A DNA stretch of 64,000 bases from a virus. Its lineage: Duplodnaviria > Heunggongvirae > Uroviricota > Caudoviricetes. The position numbers and the translations under genes are program-made. The number at the start of each line of letters is the position of its first letter. Position 1 is the first letter of the stretch. Location of the stretch: IMG/VR virus record IMGVR_UViG_2974602345_000001, positions 77,332 to 141,331 of that record; one strand, 5' to 3'. Positions 63,845-64,000 of the stretch are shown here, one piece after another. The notes beneath the pieces are model-generated. The model saw nothing but the letters and a program-made list of their open reading frames with translations, was not told the DNA's origin and ran no database searches.

Positions 63845-64000
63845 ATGGCAGCAAAAGCGATTCACCACTCAGTACCTGGGCAGCTCTCCTCTCACATCAA
63901 CGAAGACTATCCGCTCTTCGTTGAGTTTCTGAGCGGCTACTATGAATGGCTCGAGTCGGGGAGCTCTCCATACACCCAGATCAAAAACCACCTGTCGGCA
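63845..64000 (+). CDS. Start of the next baseplate gene (gp7-like, partial)
   Basis: An ATG lies 2 nt after the gp6 stop (MAAKAIHHSVPGQLSSHINEDYPLFVEFLSGYYEWLESG...) and the frame is open to the window end. The assignment rests on gene order. Confidence 0.35.
   Translation, partial: MAAKAIHHSVPGQLSSHINEDYPLFVEFLSGYYEWLESGSSPYTQIKNHLSA

Noticed and set aside
1-64000. tRNA genes, CRISPR arrays, integrase or transposase, group I introns or homing endonucleases in nrdA, nrdB or thyX
   Set aside because: No tRNA-like clover-leaf candidates were seen in the few non-coding stretches. No direct-repeat arrays were found. nrdA, nrdB, thyX, DNA ligase and the topoisomerase genes are uninterrupted. No GIY-YIG or HNH motifs were noticed.

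Overview
The window reads as a segment of a T4-like (Straboviridae-type) myovirus genome with unusually high GC for the group (about 50%). I found no CRISPR arrays, integrases, rRNA genes or tRNA genes.

Main blocks, in window order:
- Minus strand, 1-6206: a giant virion structural protein of more than 1600 aa that runs off the window start, followed by a gp8-like baseplate wedge gene. Each is preceded by an exact T4 late-promoter motif (TATAAATA).
- Plus strand, about 6470-22286: a DNA-metabolism block. In order it carries a split polynucleotide kinase/metallophosphatase, sliding clamp gp45, clamp loader gp44 and gp62, RegA, a RyR-domain protein, a Pif1/Dda-type helicase, ATP-dependent DNA ligase, PhoH, a PD-(D/E)XK nuclease, a SleB-type cell-wall hydrolase, gp59, gp32, a Toprim protein and many small ORFs.
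- Plus strand, 23027-26972: gp54-like tail-tube family protein and the gp29 tape measure.
- Minus strand, 27005-56237: a long block that includes a NadV + Prs NAD-salvage pair, an SPFH lipoprotein, an RNA ligase fused to a tRNA-binding domain, ThyX, glutaredoxin, NrdB, NrdA, a RuvC-like protein, a ClpP-like protease, an HTH-fused calcineurin-like phosphoesterase, primase gp61, topoisomerase II subunits gp52 and gp39/60, a 677-aa vWA protein and dCMP deaminase.
- Plus strand, 56474-64000: head completion gp4, then baseplate proteins gp48-like, gp53, gp27, gp5 (with a C-terminal M15 peptidase), gp25, gp6 and the start of a gp7-like gene.

Regulatory signals: one terminator hairpin family (AAAGGGCC-loop-GGCCCTTT) recurs at six or more gene ends, and a late-promoter-like nTAAATA motif sits upstream of structural genes.

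Most worth a second look:
- A putative tRNA/RNA-repair toolkit built from parts that differ from T4 (P-loop kinase plus calcineurin-type phosphatase, and an RNA ligase with a tRNA-binding OB domain).
- A gene with a strong RBS that is interrupted by a single in-frame TGA.
- The NAD-salvage pair (NadV + Prs).
- An HTH-metallophosphoesterase fusion.
- An XRE-family HTH protein paired with a small unknown protein inside the nrd/thyX operon.
- A ClpP-like protease next to a perfect palindrome.
- Three tandem paralog pairs of unknown function.

Every product call comes from reading the translated ORFs against remembered family motifs, with no database search. Coordinates of non-CDS elements are good to about ±2 nt.
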